64,000 nt of DNA from an uncultured Acidimicrobiaceae bacterium. GTDB lineage: Bacteria > Actinomycetota > Acidimicrobiia > Acidimicrobiales > Bog-793. The notes beneath the pieces are model-generated. The model saw nothing but the letters and a program-made list of their open reading frames with translations. It had not been told where the DNA came from and ran no database searches. Location of the stretch: contig CAWECD010000020.1 in the NCBI GenBank assembly GCA_963807575.1, positions 135,037 to 199,036 on the forward strand. Reading direction: 5' to 3'. Position numbers and translations under genes: made by a program. Below are positions 27,322-37,823 of this stretch, in pieces (position 1 is the stretch's first letter; every line of letters starts with the position of its first letter).

Positions 27322-28083
27322 TCAGGAGATCTTGTGGTGGTAGATGACAACAGCGAAGACGTACGCAACTATGACGATGCCGATCATCCAGGCGAGGGCT
27401 GTCCAGATGCCGGTGCCGACTGGCTGCTGGGCGAACAGGTGGCGAATCGAATTGACGATCGACGTCACCGGTTGGTGTACTGCGAAGGCGCGTACTGGGC
27501 CGGGCATGGTTTCGGTGGGCACGAACGCCGAACTGATGAACGGCAGCAAGATGAGCGGGTAAGAGAACGCGCCCGCGCCATCGGGAGACTTCGCGGAGAG
27601 GCCGGGGATGACGGCGAGCCACGTCAGCGCCAGGGTGAACAGGCCCAGGATGCCGGCGACCGCGAGCCATGCAAGCGCCCCGGCCCCCGAGCGGAAGCCC
27701 ATGAGGAGAGCGACGCCCACGACCACCGCAATCGACACCAGATTGGCGACCATCGAGGTGAGCACGTGCGCCCACAGCACAGTCGACCGTGCGATCGGCA
27801 TGGACTGGAACCGGTCGAAGATGCCGCCCTTCATGTCGAGGAAGAGCCGATACGCGGTGTAGGAGATGCCTGAGGCGATCGTGATGAGGAGGATGCCTGG
27901 GAGCAGGTAGGTCACGTACGAGCCCGACCCATGTTTGATGGCGCCGCCGAACACGTAGACGAACAACAGCATGAACGCGATCGGCATCAGCGCGGTCGTG
28001 ATGATCGTGTCGAGGCTGCGGGTGATGTGCTTGAGGGACCGTCCCAGTAGCACAGCGGTGTCGTCGAAGAAGTGCGTGTCCAT
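27322..28083 (-). CDS. ABC-2 type transporter permease
   Basis: ATG 28083 (MDTHFFDDTAVLLGRSL...). The track ORF is over-extended into the ATPase gene. 253-aa six-TM-like protein. Confidence 0.85.
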   Translation of the reverse strand: MDTHFFDDTAVLLGRSLKHITRSLDTIITTALMPIAFMLLFVYVFGGAIKHGSGSYVTYLLPGILLITIASGISYTAYRLFLDMKGGIFDRFQSMPIARSTVLWAHVLTSMVANLVSIAVVVGVALLMGFRSGAGALAWLAVAGILGLFTLALTWLAVIPGLSAKSPDGAGAFSYPLILLPFISSAFVPTETMPGPVRAFAVHQPVTSIVNSIRHLFAQQPVGTGIWTALAWMIGIVIVAYVFAVVIYHHKIS

Positions 28084-28091
28084 CGGTGTCC

Positions 28092-28880
28092 CTACCTCTT
28101 GTTCGGCTCTTCGTCTGTCGGGACGTCTTTGTTGCCGACGATGGCGAAGAAGACATCCTCGAGCGTCGGCTGCTTTTCTACGTATTCGACTTTCGCCGGT
28201 GGGAGAAGCTGCTTCAGTTCGGCCAAGGTCCCGTTCACGATGATCCGACCCTCGTGGAGGATCGCGATCTGGTCGGCGAGCTGCTCGGCCTCGTCCAGGT
28301 TCTGCGTTGTGAGCAGCACAGTCGTCCCCTGGCCGGCAAGGTCCTTCACGGCGTGCCACACCTCAACGCGGGCCTCGGGGTCGAGGCCAGTGGTCGGTTC
28401 GTCGAGGAAGATGATCGGCGGAGTGCCGATCAGGCTCATCGTGATGTCGAGACGACGGCGCATGCCACCGGAATAGGTCGATACCTTCCGCCCGCCGGCG
28501 TCGGTCAGCGAGAAGCGGGCGAGCAGGTCATCTGCGATCCTGCCTGGGTCGTCGAGGTGTCGCAGCTTGGCGACCAGCACGAGGTTCTCTCGCCCGCTCA
28601 GAATTTCGTCGACGGCAGCGAACTGCCCAGTGAGGCTGATCGAGGCGCGCACCTTCGCGGCTTGCGTGACGACGTCGAATCCGTTGACGCTGGCAGTTCC
28701 CGCTTCGAACTTGAGCAGCGTCGAGAGGATTCGCACGACCGTGGTCTTGCCCGCTCCGTTCGACCCGAGCAGAGCGAAGACGCTGCCCCGAGCGACGTCG
28801 AAGTCCACGCCGCGCAGCACGTCCAGCTTCTTGAACGACTTCTCCAGTCCTTGCACGCGAACGGCTGCGTCGGTGGTCAT
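28092..28880 (-). CDS. ABC transporter ATP-binding protein
   Basis: ATG 28880 (MTTDAAVRVQGLEKSF) overlaps the upstream stop (TAATG). Walker A GSNGAGKTT, signature YSGGMRRRL, Walker B IIFLDEPT. Confidence 0.9.
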   Translation of the reverse strand: MTTDAAVRVQGLEKSFKKLDVLRGVDFDVARGSVFALLGSNGAGKTTVVRILSTLLKFEAGTASVNGFDVVTQAAKVRASISLTGQFAAVDEILSGRENLVLVAKLRHLDDPGRIADDLLARFSLTDAGGRKVSTYSGGMRRRLDITMSLIGTPPIIFLDEPTTGLDPEARVEVWHAVKDLAGQGTTVLLTTQNLDEAEQLADQIAILHEGRIIVNGTLAELKQLLPPAKVEYVEKQPTLEDVFFAIVGNKDVPTDEEPNKR

Positions 28881-29248
28881 TACTGTTCCCGTCGCTCCGC
28901 GTCCTCGATCGCCTTGGTCAGGCGAGCGCGTTCCTTGTCGATCCATTGTTTGCCGGTATAAGCCTGGGCAAAAGTCTCGGCGAAGTCGATTGGGTCGTCA
29001 CCAACGATCGCGCGCACCGGCGTGCCGTCGGCTGCGGCGCGCTCCCAGAGATCGACGAAGTCGCCCCACATCTTGATGGCGGTCTCGCCGTCGATGACGC
29101 CGCCGTAGTACATGTAGTAACGCTGTAGAGCTCTCGCAACGGTGCGGTACGGCTCGGGGAGCGCCTTGATGCGGTCCCTGTACCGCCTGTACTGCCTCTT
29201 CTGCTCGAGCGACCCGGTAATGGTCTCGATCCAGTTGGCCATGGTCAC
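28880..29248 (-). CDS. DUF1048-like small helical protein (PadR-operon partner)
   Basis: 122 aa: WIETITGSLEQKRQYRRYRDRIKALPEPYR.... This composition and its position between padR and an ABC exporter match the PadR-DUF1048 arrangement as I remember it. Family name unverified. Confidence 0.65.
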   Translation of the reverse strand: MTMANWIETITGSLEQKRQYRRYRDRIKALPEPYRTVARALQRYYMYYGGVIDGETAIKMWGDFVDLWERAAADGTPVRAIVGDDPIDFAETFAQAYTGKQWIDKERARLTKAIEDAERREQ

Positions 29249-29598
29249 TTCACTCCTTGTTCGATGTCGCCGGCTGGTTCGAGGTGGAGCCGTTCGATGC
29301 GTTCAGCGAGGAAGCTCCAGGTCCTCCAGAACTCTTCGAGATCGGTCCGGCCCTTTGCATTGAGCGAGTAGACCTTGCGCGGCGGCCCCTTTTCGGAGGG
29401 GACCTTCTCCACGTCGACAAGACCGCGCTGTTCGATCCGTATCAGCAGCGCATAGACGGTTCCTTCCGCGATGTCGGCAAATCCCTGATCGCGGAGCCAG
29501 GCTGTGATCTCGTAGCCGTAGGCGGAGCGGCTGGACAAGATCGCGAGGACGATGCCCTCGAGTACGCCCTTGAGCACCTCCGTCATCTGCTTGCCCAT
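29245..29598 (-). CDS. PadR-family transcriptional regulator
   Basis: LKGVLEGIVLAILSSRSAYGYEITAWL....GTVYALLIRIEQRGLV is the canonical PadR winged helix. ATGA overlap with the next gene. Confidence 0.9.
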   Translation of the reverse strand: MGKQMTEVLKGVLEGIVLAILSSRSAYGYEITAWLRDQGFADIAEGTVYALLIRIEQRGLVDVEKVPSEKGPPRKVYSLNAKGRTDLEEFWRTWSFLAERIERLHLEPAGDIEQGVK

Positions 29599-29606
29599 TG
29601 CCGCCC

Positions 29607-29650
29607 CTACTCAGTGACACTGACTACTAGTACATAGTAACACTGAGTAG
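29607..29650. promoter_or_regulatory. Putative PadR operator: nested palindromes upstream of padR
   Basis: Outer perfect inverted repeat CTACTCAGTG (29607-29616) / CACTGAGTAG (29641-29650). Inner palindromes TCAGTGaCACTGA (29611-29623) and TACTAGTA (29625-29632). Located 9-52 nt upstream of the padR ATG. Confidence 0.5.
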
Positions 29651-30012
29651 ATGAAAGGCAAGCCCCATCTAGACACGAGCGCGGAGCGGACGCGCGCTTG
29701 CCGAGAGAGCCGCTTTGGGTGCACATCAGGAACGCCGTGCTTGAGCGCGCCGCAAGTGCTCCTAGCGCCCGATCTGCGCCGGCGCCAGGGAGAGTGACGG
29801 CCTGTTGGAGGCGAGCAGACGGCTCGGGATCGCCGAGTATCTGCGCGCGCTTTCGACGCCCGGAGTGCGTGTCGAGCCCAGACCGATCGGGCGTTACCGT
29901 CGCCCGAGCGCCCTTCGGGAAGCTGAACCTCTACCCACCACCCAGGCATGCCCGCGGATGATGACAAAAGGCATACGCGAGTTGTGAGCGATCTCACTAC
30001 AACTCAGCCCGA

Positions 30013-30962
<950 letters not shown>

Positions 30963-30966
<4 letters not shown>

Positions 30967-31697
30967 GTGCGGGCACGCACGTGCGCTACGAGCTCCTCCG
31001 GACCGTGCGCAGTCGCCTGACGTGGGCGCTCTCATTGGCGCTTCCGCTCGTCGTCTACTACGCGGTCGCTTCGGGCCAGCGTCACGTATTCGTCTACGCC
31101 GCGGGCGTCTCCTTTCCTCTCTTCTTCATGACAGGGATGGCGGCCTATGGCGCGATGTTCGCCGCCATCGGACCCGGTGCCCGTCTCGCGCGCGACCGCG
31201 CCCGGGGCTGGACCCGCCAGTTGCGGATTACGCCACTTCGGGTCCGCACCGACTACCTCGCGAAAACGCTCGCCGCCTACCTCGTGGCGCTGCCCGCGCT
31301 CGTCTTGGTCTTCCTGGCCGGCGCAACACTCGGGGTCCGCCTCAACGTGGCGCAGTGGTTGGAGATGAGCGGCCTGCTTCTTGTTGGCTTGGTGCCGTTC
31401 GTCTTGATGGGCCTCATCTTGGGTCACCTGATCGCGACGGATGCCCTCGTGCCAGTCATGGGCTGGCTCGTCGTCTTCTTCGCCCTCTTTGGCGGCGCGT
31501 TTGGGAGCTTGTTCAACAGCGGGGCGATGCTGACCGTCGTCAAGGGGCTGCCCTCCTACTGGCTCGTGCATGCAGGCGCGGCCGCGCTCCTCCGCGGAGA
31601 CTGGCCTGCGGAGGGATGGATCGTGCTCGCCTGCTGGACCGCCGCGCTCATCCCACTCGCCGTCCTCGCCTACCGGCACGACGCCGGCGGCGTCTAA
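30963..31697 (+). CDS. ABC-2 type transporter permease
   Basis: ATG 30963 (MSAGTHVRYELLRTVRS) overlaps the ATPase stop (ATGA). 244-aa multi-TM protein. Confidence 0.8.
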
Positions 31698-31719
31698 TCG
31701 CTTCGAACCAATACGCTTA

Positions 31720-32892
31720 GTGGACGTGGATAGCGTGGAACGACCAGCGACTCCACGGGGGATGGCGTGGCCAGCTGACGATCGGGGTTGGACGACGGGA
31801 TGGCGCGGCCGTGTCCTTCCGGTGGTCTTCCTTGCGTACTTGATCTACGTCGCCCAAGCCGTCGCTCAGAACTCTCCCCGCCACACGGTCGGAGGCTATC
31901 TCGTCCTCGGAGTCTTCGTCTCTTCCTACATTGCCATTCTCTTCCAAGACTCCGGTCCAATCTGGCTACCGTCCCGGTCCATTTGGCGGTTCTGGGCTCC
32001 TTACGTTCTGCTCGTCGCCGCGTTCATTGCCGAGGTGCCCTTCGCCCGCGCTCCCGCGTTCATCATGTGCCTGTACATCACGATGATCGGCGTGGCGCGC
32101 TTCGGCGTCCGAGCCGTGCCCGCGACGGTGGCGATGGCGATGGCATCGCTCGTCGTGCCCGTCGCGATTCCCTCTTGGCATGACAGCCTCGCCAAGGCCT
32201 TCGACAACGTCGCCCCGCTCGCCATCCCCGTCGTCGGCATCGTTACCTACGCCGTCGTGCAGATCCGCGAAAAGAACATCGCCCTCGCCGAGGCCCGCGC
32301 AGAGATCGGTCGGCTGGCAGCTGACAACGAGCGCTCGCGCATCGCCCGCGACCTGCACGACCTGCTTGGACACTCCCTCACGACGGTCACGCTAAAAGCG
32401 GGACTCGCACATCGCCTGAGCGCTACTGATCCTACGCGGGCTGCTCAGGAGATCGGTGCCGTCGAGGAGCTCTCGCGCCAGGCCCTCGCGGAGGTGCGTG
32501 CGGCGGTGTCGAGCTACCGAGACGTCAGCCTCGCGAGCGAGCTCGCCCAAGGCAGGGAGCTGCTCCGGGCCTCAGGAGTGGCCGCGGACCTCCCGAGCGC
32601 GACCGATGTCGTCGATGTCGCCCATCAGGAGCTGTTCGGGTGGGTCGTGCGCGAAGGTCTCACCAACGTCGCCCGCCATGCTCACGCGACACGATGCTCG
32701 GTGACCTTGTCCGCGTCGGAGATCGAGATTCGCGATGACGGGATTGGCACATCGACTGCCGACGGGAACGGCCTCTCGGGTCTCCGCGAGCGCGCCGCCG
32801 CGGCCGGTGGCACCGTCGAAGCTGGTCCACTGCGCCCACGCGGTTGGCGACTACGTGTGGTGATCGACTCTGCGGTCCCCACTGCACCGTGA
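31720..32892 (+). CDS. Sensor histidine kinase (HisKA_3 / NarL-partner type)
   Basis: H-box ERSRIARDLHDLLGHSLT, an N-terminal multi-TM region and a C-terminal ATPase region (GLTNVARHA...DDGIG...GNGLSGLRER). Start is GTG 31720 or ATG 31762. Confidence 0.85.
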   Translation: MDVDSVERPATPRGMAWPADDRGWTTGWRGRVLPVVFLAYLIYVAQAVAQNSPRHTVGGYLVLGVFVSSYIAILFQDSGPIWLPSRSIWRFWAPYVLLVAAFIAEVPFARAPAFIMCLYITMIGVARFGVRAVPATVAMAMASLVVPVAIPSWHDSLAKAFDNVAPLAIPVVGIVTYAVVQIREKNIALAEARAEIGRLAADNERSRIARDLHDLLGHSLTTVTLKAGLAHRLSATDPTRAAQEIGAVEELSRQALAEVRAAVSSYRDVSLASELAQGRELLRASGVAADLPSATDVVDVAHQELFGWVVREGLTNVARHAHATRCSVTLSASEIEIRDDGIGTSTADGNGLSGLRERAAAAGGTVEAGPLRPRGWRLRVVIDSAVPTAP

Positions 32893-33497
32893 CGATCCGC
32901 CTCCTCCTCGCCGACGACCAGGAGCTGGTGCGAGGAGCGCTGTGCGCGCTGCTCGAGCTGCAACCGGACTTCGAGATCGTCGCGTCTGTCGGTCGGGGAG
33001 ACGAGGTCGTCGATGCCGCCATGGCCAATCACCCTGACGTTGCGCTGCTCGATATCGAGATGCCTGGTGTCGACGGTCTCGCGGCCGCCGGAGCACTCGC
33101 TGCCCAGTTGCCCGAGTGCCGTGTCGTCATGCTCACGACGTTCGGCCGCGCGGGCTACCTACGCCGAGCGATGGAGGCTGGCGCAGTCGGTTTCGTCGTC
33201 AAAGACGCTCCTCCTGAAGTCCTGGCACAGGCCATACGTCGTGTGATGACGGGAGATAGCGTCGTCGACCCAACCCTTGCAGCCATCGCGCTCGCCGCGG
33301 GCGACTCCCCGCTAACGGCCCGTGAGCGAGACGTGCTTGCTGTGGCGCGCTCGGGAGCAACTGTGGCCGAGATCGCCTCCAAGCTCTTTCTCTCCGAGGG
33401 GACGGTTCGCAACTACCTCTCAACCGCGATCGCGAAAACCTCAGCGCGAAATCGGCTGGATGCGCTCCGCATCGCCGACGAGAGGGGTTGGCTCTAG
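32889..33497 (+). CDS. NarL/LuxR-family response regulator
   Basis: GTGA overlap with the kinase stop. Receiver domain (LLLADDQELVR...DVALLDIEMPGVDG) plus a LuxR HTH (LTARERDVLAVARSGATVAEIASKLFLSEGTVRNYL). Confidence 0.9.
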   Translation: MTIRLLLADDQELVRGALCALLELQPDFEIVASVGRGDEVVDAAMANHPDVALLDIEMPGVDGLAAAGALAAQLPECRVVMLTTFGRAGYLRRAMEAGAVGFVVKDAPPEVLAQAIRRVMTGDSVVDPTLAAIALAAGDSPLTARERDVLAVARSGATVAEIASKLFLSEGTVRNYLSTAIAKTSARNRLDALRIADERGWL

Positions 33498-33670
33498 ACA
33501 AGCGACCACCTGCAACGGTGGCTCGTCCAATGGGTTCGCCTCTGCGCCGCCTGCCTGTCGATCTCTGGGAACAGATGCCCATACCGGTCATGAGTGAACG
33601 CCACTGAGCTGTGTCCGGCACGTCGCGAGATCTCGAACGGATCGACTCCCGCGATGACTACGTCCTGAGC
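33497..33670 (-). pseudogene. C-terminal remnant of a tyrosine recombinase/phage integrase
   Basis: The ORF fragment encodes ...AGVDPFEISRRAGHSSVAFTHDRYGHLFPEIDRQAA. This is the terminal LGHSS...T.D.YGHLFP block containing the catalytic Tyr. There is no upstream catalytic or N-terminal domain. Confidence 0.6.
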
Positions 33671-33779
33671 TGTCCTTTCTGTCGTGCCGGGAGGCGGACA
33701 GATCCCGGCGTGCCTTGTACGTGCGTAATTCGGGGCGGCGAGGGTGGCGACTGCCACGTCGAGACCCGTTCGCCGCGGT

Positions 33780-34838
33780 TCATGCCGCCCGACGGCGCAC
33801 GAGCCAGACGGTCACGGCGCCAAGCAGTACTGACAGCGCCAGTAGCCAGCCACCTTCGATCCACTGGAAGGACCAGAAACGGCTGACCGGTTGGTAGTTG
33901 GCCCACAGTGTGTAGCCGTGCTGGAGGAGGCACTGCGTAGGGGTCAGGGAGCCGAAACCGTTGACGCCGCCGCGCCCAGTTGCAACGAAAGATGCAGGGC
34001 AGAGCTGCGGGAGTAGACCAAGAGGCGGTCGGCTGCCGAACACGACCCTGCCGGCCTTCGTCCACCACTCACTGATGACCCAAGCCGAGCCAGGTATGTT
34101 CAGATTTCTCGCCACGAGCGGCGTCATGTAGTGCTGGCGCAGGACATTCGCCGTCAGGAGAGCGAGTGCGGTATAGACGGCGAGGGTGGCGACGATCGCG
34201 GGCACGATCCGGCGGACGAGCATGCCGGCGAGGACGCCGATCGCGAAGGCGGCGAGCGTCCACGCGGCGAACGCGACCGGGCGGAGATCGAACAGCCCGG
34301 CAGAGAGCAGGCTCGCCCCGGAAACGTTGGGGGCGTTCTGCGCGGCGACGTAGGGCTGGTAGTACCAGGACAACAACACGCCGAAGGCTCCGGCGAGGGC
34401 GGCCACTGCGACGCCGAGCGCCACCAGCTTGGCGACCGCCCAGCGGCACCGGCCGAAGGCCTGCGTCCAGGCATAGCGGAAGGTTCCGGTCTCAAACTCA
34501 CGGGCCAGCACCACTGACCCGACGAACGCCCCGATCAGCGCAGCCACCGGCTGTAGGACGAAGCCACCTTTCAGAAAGGAGTTCGTGCCGTCAAAGATGG
34601 CGGCCAGGTTGGTGCAGTTCGCCGAACCCACTGGACGGCAGGCGACCGCAGCGGCGTACTCGTGGTGCACCGAAAGGCCGGTTATCCACAGCCACACCGC
34701 CAGTGCTCCGAGGAAAGCCACCACGCCGGCCAGTGCGACCCGATGATGCCGCCAGATAACCCAGCCCATTCGGCGCCAAGGCACGGGTCGCAGACGGGCG
34801 TCCTGCTCAAGACGGGCGGGCAAGGCGAGCGTGGTCAT
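33780..34838 (-). CDS. ABC transporter permease-like integral membrane protein (GntR-ABC module)
   Basis: 352-aa multi-TM ORF. Its ATGA overlap with the upstream ATPase stop (34835-34838) implies that it is the membrane partner. Confidence 0.7.
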   Translation of the reverse strand: MTTLALPARLEQDARLRPVPWRRMGWVIWRHHRVALAGVVAFLGALAVWLWITGLSVHHEYAAAVACRPVGSANCTNLAAIFDGTNSFLKGGFVLQPVAALIGAFVGSVVLAREFETGTFRYAWTQAFGRCRWAVAKLVALGVAVAALAGAFGVLLSWYYQPYVAAQNAPNVSGASLLSAGLFDLRPVAFAAWTLAAFAIGVLAGMLVRRIVPAIVATLAVYTALALLTANVLRQHYMTPLVARNLNIPGSAWVISEWWTKAGRVVFGSRPPLGLLPQLCPASFVATGRGGVNGFGSLTPTQCLLQHGYTLWANYQPVSRFWSFQWIEGGWLLALSVLLGAVTVWLVRRRAA

Positions 34839-35752
34839 TTCGCCAACTCCGATCGATCGCTGCCTCCGCCGCGGCTCGGCCCAGGCAACGCCGCGGCACC
34901 AGGCTCACGCAGATAGGCAATGGTCAGTTCCTCCAGAGTGATGGGCCGTGCCTCCCATCCGGCTGGTACCGGATCAGAGGTACCGTCGCAACGGACGCGA
35001 AAGTGCACCCGCGACGTATCGTGGCTGGCGTGCACGACGTTCCACTTGTCCGCATACCGCTCTGACTCCGAGACAGGGCCGGCGAGGACACGGTGGTGTG
35101 CAAGGAGATCGTCGACTTCCCCGACCACCTGGACGCGACCGCGCGAAAGAAGCACGAGGTAGTCGCAGACTCGCTCGAGTTCCGCGAGGATGTGGGAGGA
35201 CAACACGACCGAGACGCCGTCGTCCGCGACCGCGGCCATCACCGTCGCCATGAAGTCGATCCGGGCCAGCGGATCGAGCGAGGCCATCGGCTCGTCGAGC
35301 ACGAGGAGCTGCGGCCTTCGCGCGAGCGCCAGAGTCAACGCGAGCTGGGCCTGCTGGCCGCCTGACATCTCCCCCGCCTTCTGCCGAAGCGGGATTCCGA
35401 GCTCGTCGAGGCGCCGCTCGGCGTAGCCCTGGTCGAAGCGGCGGTTCAAGTTGCGCGTCTCGTGGATAAGGTCGGCTGCCGACAAGTTCTTGTAGAGGGG
35501 CGTGTTCTGTGCGACGAACGCGATCCCATCGAGGGCGGAGGGAGAACCGGCGGCGCGACCGCCGAGTACCGTCACCTCACCGCTCGTCGGCACTGCGAGA
35601 CCGACCGCGAGATTCAAGAGCGTCGTCTTTCCGGCACCGTTCGGCCCGACCAGCGCGACGACGTGCCCCTCAGGGATCGCCAACGTGCAATCGTCCAGTG
35701 CCCTTGTCTGGCCGTATGACTTGGCGAGAGCGTGCGTCTCGATGACGTTCAT
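34835..35752 (-). CDS. ABC transporter ATP-binding protein
   Basis: Walker A GPNGAGKTT, signature MSGGQQAQL, Walker B LLVLDEPM. ATGA overlap with the GntR gene stop. Confidence 0.9.
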   Translation of the reverse strand: MNVIETHALAKSYGQTRALDDCTLAIPEGHVVALVGPNGAGKTTLLNLAVGLAVPTSGEVTVLGGRAAGSPSALDGIAFVAQNTPLYKNLSAADLIHETRNLNRRFDQGYAERRLDELGIPLRQKAGEMSGGQQAQLALTLALARRPQLLVLDEPMASLDPLARIDFMATVMAAVADDGVSVVLSSHILAELERVCDYLVLLSRGRVQVVGEVDDLLAHHRVLAGPVSESERYADKWNVVHASHDTSRVHFRVRCDGTSDPVPAGWEARPITLEELTIAYLREPGAAALPGPSRGGGSDRSELAK

Positions 35753-36240
35753 GCCACGCCCTCCGCTCCGCGCCGTGCCGCGCCACGCTCGCGGGCAGCA
35801 CCCCCGCTGGGCTCAGGAAAATCCCGCATCACGTTTGCCATGAGCGCCGCGATCCCGTCCTCGTCGAGCCCGGCCGCGTCGGCGGCCGTCACCCATGAGA
35901 CGAGCGAGCGCCGAAGCTCGGTGAGCACCGGAAGTGCCACCTGGTTGAGCGTCGCCTCGATGAAGGTTCCCTGGCCGGGTCGTCCGATGGCGAGGCCCTT
36001 CATTTCGAGCTCTCGGTACGCCTTCATCACCGTGTTCGGATTGATCGCCAACTGCGCGACTACGTCGCGGACCTTCGGAAGCTGATCGCCGGGCGACAGG
36101 TAGCCGAGTCGCAGCGCATGTTCGACCTGCTGGACGACCTGCATGAACGTCGGAACGCCCGAAGCGAGATCGAGGTGGAACTCGATTGACGGGACTCGCC
36201 GCTGAGTCGCCGCCTCATCCTCGTCCTTATCGTCTGTCAT
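35749..36240 (-). CDS. GntR-family (YtrA-like) transcriptional regulator
   Basis: LSPGDQLPKVRDVVAQLAINPNTVMKAYRELEMKGLAIGRPGQGTFI is a GntR winged HTH. The short effector domain and downstream ABC genes fit the YtrA subfamily. Confidence 0.85.
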   Translation of the reverse strand: MTDDKDEDEAATQRRVPSIEFHLDLASGVPTFMQVVQQVEHALRLGYLSPGDQLPKVRDVVAQLAINPNTVMKAYRELEMKGLAIGRPGQGTFIEATLNQVALPVLTELRRSLVSWVTAADAAGLDEDGIAALMANVMRDFPEPSGGAARERGAARRGAEGVA

Positions 36241-36246
36241 AGCACA

Positions 36247-36274
36247 ACGATACAGCGACGGGCGGCTCTGTCAA
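36247..36274 (-). promoter_or_regulatory. Sigma-70-like promoter giving a probable leaderless gntR transcript
   Basis: On the minus strand: TTGACA (36274-36269), a 16-nt spacer, TATCGT (36252-36247), then only 6 nt to the ATG at 36240. Confidence 0.4.
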
Positions 36275-36633
36275 CGGCGGCCCAGCAATCAACCGCAACT
36301 CACCGTGGTCAGGTTGCCCATTACCCGAAGGCCGACGCTTACAGAACGGTAGGCCAGGCTCAGATAGCTCAATCGGCGTCCCGAAGGTGAACGACCGACG
36401 GTCGCGCTGCTCGGCATCACCGTTGCGCCCGATCGACTGTTCAACCTGCCGAGTCTGGCGCGGCGTTCGCGTCACTCGACGCTGGCGCAAGAGCGTCGAT
36501 CTGTCACGGTGGACCTGCCAAGACGGGCCACGTGCAGGGTGACGTTCTTTTCACCACCGCCGCCGACCGATGCTTCAGCGGTGCTCGGAAACCGTGGCGA
36601 TCATCCTCTGTCCTGGCAGCGAGATCGGCAGAA

Positions 36634-37521
36634 CTATCCTGTCGCTGCCGTCAGCCAGGCAAGAGACTCGACGAGGTCGGCATCAGGATTACCCATGTGT
36701 CCGAGCGCGTTCAATCTGACGACTGCACCAGGGACGGTCCGAGCAATCCACTCCCCATGAGCCGGAGGAACGAGGACATCCGAGGTCCCATACCAAACCT
36801 GAGTCGGCACGGTGATGGCCGCCGGGTCGAAACCCCAGGGCCGGACAAAGGCAATGTCGTCATCGACCCAGCCCCAGACTCCGTTGCGGGTCTGCTCGCC
36901 TATCGACTCCCGGAGGACTTGGGCGAAGTCTTCCCGGGCGAGAACCTCCTTGTCCGACGGCGGCAAGTCGAACTGTCCAAGGATCGCCGATGGGTTGACG
37001 GACGCTATCTCACGAAGCTTCTCGCTCTCATGCTCGAGCTCTCTGGCAAGCCGGGCTTCGCCCTCCAGCGCCCAACCGAACTCCTTCACGTTCTCGGGGT
37101 CCATGCCAGCAAACCAGTCGTCTCCCAAAGCTTCATAAGGAGCCACCCCGACGGTGCATATCACCCTGGTCACCCGATCGCCAAGGAGGGCAGCGACAGC
37201 CAGCGCATGGGGTCCTCCCCCTGAACCGCCCGTGACAGCGAAGCGGTCGAGGCCGAGGGCGTCGGCGATAGCGACCACGTCTCCCACGCAGTCCGCCACT
37301 GCCCGCCCACCATGGCGATCCGAGCCTCCGTAGCCGGCGCGGTCATAAGTGATGACGCGAGCTCCAGTCGAGCGCACGAGATCTTCGTTGGGATGACGGT
37401 CGAGCCGGCATCCGGGTGTGCCGTGGAGTGCGAAGACCGGCTTGCCGTCGAGGTCGCCCCACTCGGCGAACATGACGGTCCGGCCGTCGCCTGCCCTTGT
37501 GACCTGCGCAGTTCGGTCCAT
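36634..37521 (-). CDS. Alpha/beta-fold hydrolase
   Basis: 295 aa with HGTPGCRL (oxyanion region) and the nucleophile elbow VTGGSGGGPHAL. Confidence 0.85.
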   Translation of the reverse strand: MDRTAQVTRAGDGRTVMFAEWGDLDGKPVFALHGTPGCRLDRHPNEDLVRSTGARVITYDRAGYGGSDRHGGRAVADCVGDVVAIADALGLDRFAVTGGSGGGPHALAVAALLGDRVTRVICTVGVAPYEALGDDWFAGMDPENVKEFGWALEGEARLARELEHESEKLREIASVNPSAILGQFDLPPSDKEVLAREDFAQVLRESIGEQTRNGVWGWVDDDIAFVRPWGFDPAAITVPTQVWYGTSDVLVPPAHGEWIARTVPGAVVRLNALGHMGNPDADLVESLAWLTAATG

Positions 37522-37571
37522 ACGGGAAACCTAACGCATCCGCAGGGCCGGTAGCTCAGCCTCGCTCGACG

Positions 37572-37680
37572 GTCGGAGATCCGCGACGTCGGCCCGCCGA
37601 CGCGAACTTCCACCTCATTGTCACGACGGTGAGCGACCCTTCGCCAACCACGGCAGAACCGACCTAACGTCTCATCTGCG
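37572..37680 (+). repeat. Direct repeat R1 (109 nt), paired with 44153-44261
   Basis: Ungapped hand alignment with R2 gives 85/109 identical positions. Exact blocks are GTCGGAGATCCGCG, ACGGCAGAA and AACGTCTCATCTG. Confidence 0.7.
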
Positions 37681-37823
37681 CGGTCGCCGAACGGTCTTGG
37701 CGGAGGCAGCGGCCCTCCAGATCGACGGTTATCACAAGCCCTGGGTCTGGAATCCCTTGTAAAGACTCGGTTTTGCAGCGTAGACATGTCACCGCCGGGA
37801 GCATGCGGAGCGGTTCGTCGATG

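Noticed and set aside
36365-36376. TAGCTCAATCGG is a D-arm-like string in the gap downstream of the hydrolase gene.
   Set aside because: No matching GAGC, anticodon arm or T-arm on either strand.
37545-37561. GGGCCGGTAGCTCAGCC looks like a tRNA 5' acceptor/D-arm start, just upstream of repeat R1 and the recombinase element. It would suggest a tRNA-gene integration site.
   Set aside because: No complementary D-stem (GAGC), anticodon arm or T-arm follows. The best pairing (GGGCCG...CGGCCC) encloses only ~51 nt and does not fold into a cloverleaf. I treat it as coincidence or a badly decayed relic. tRNAscan-SE or Infernal would settle it.
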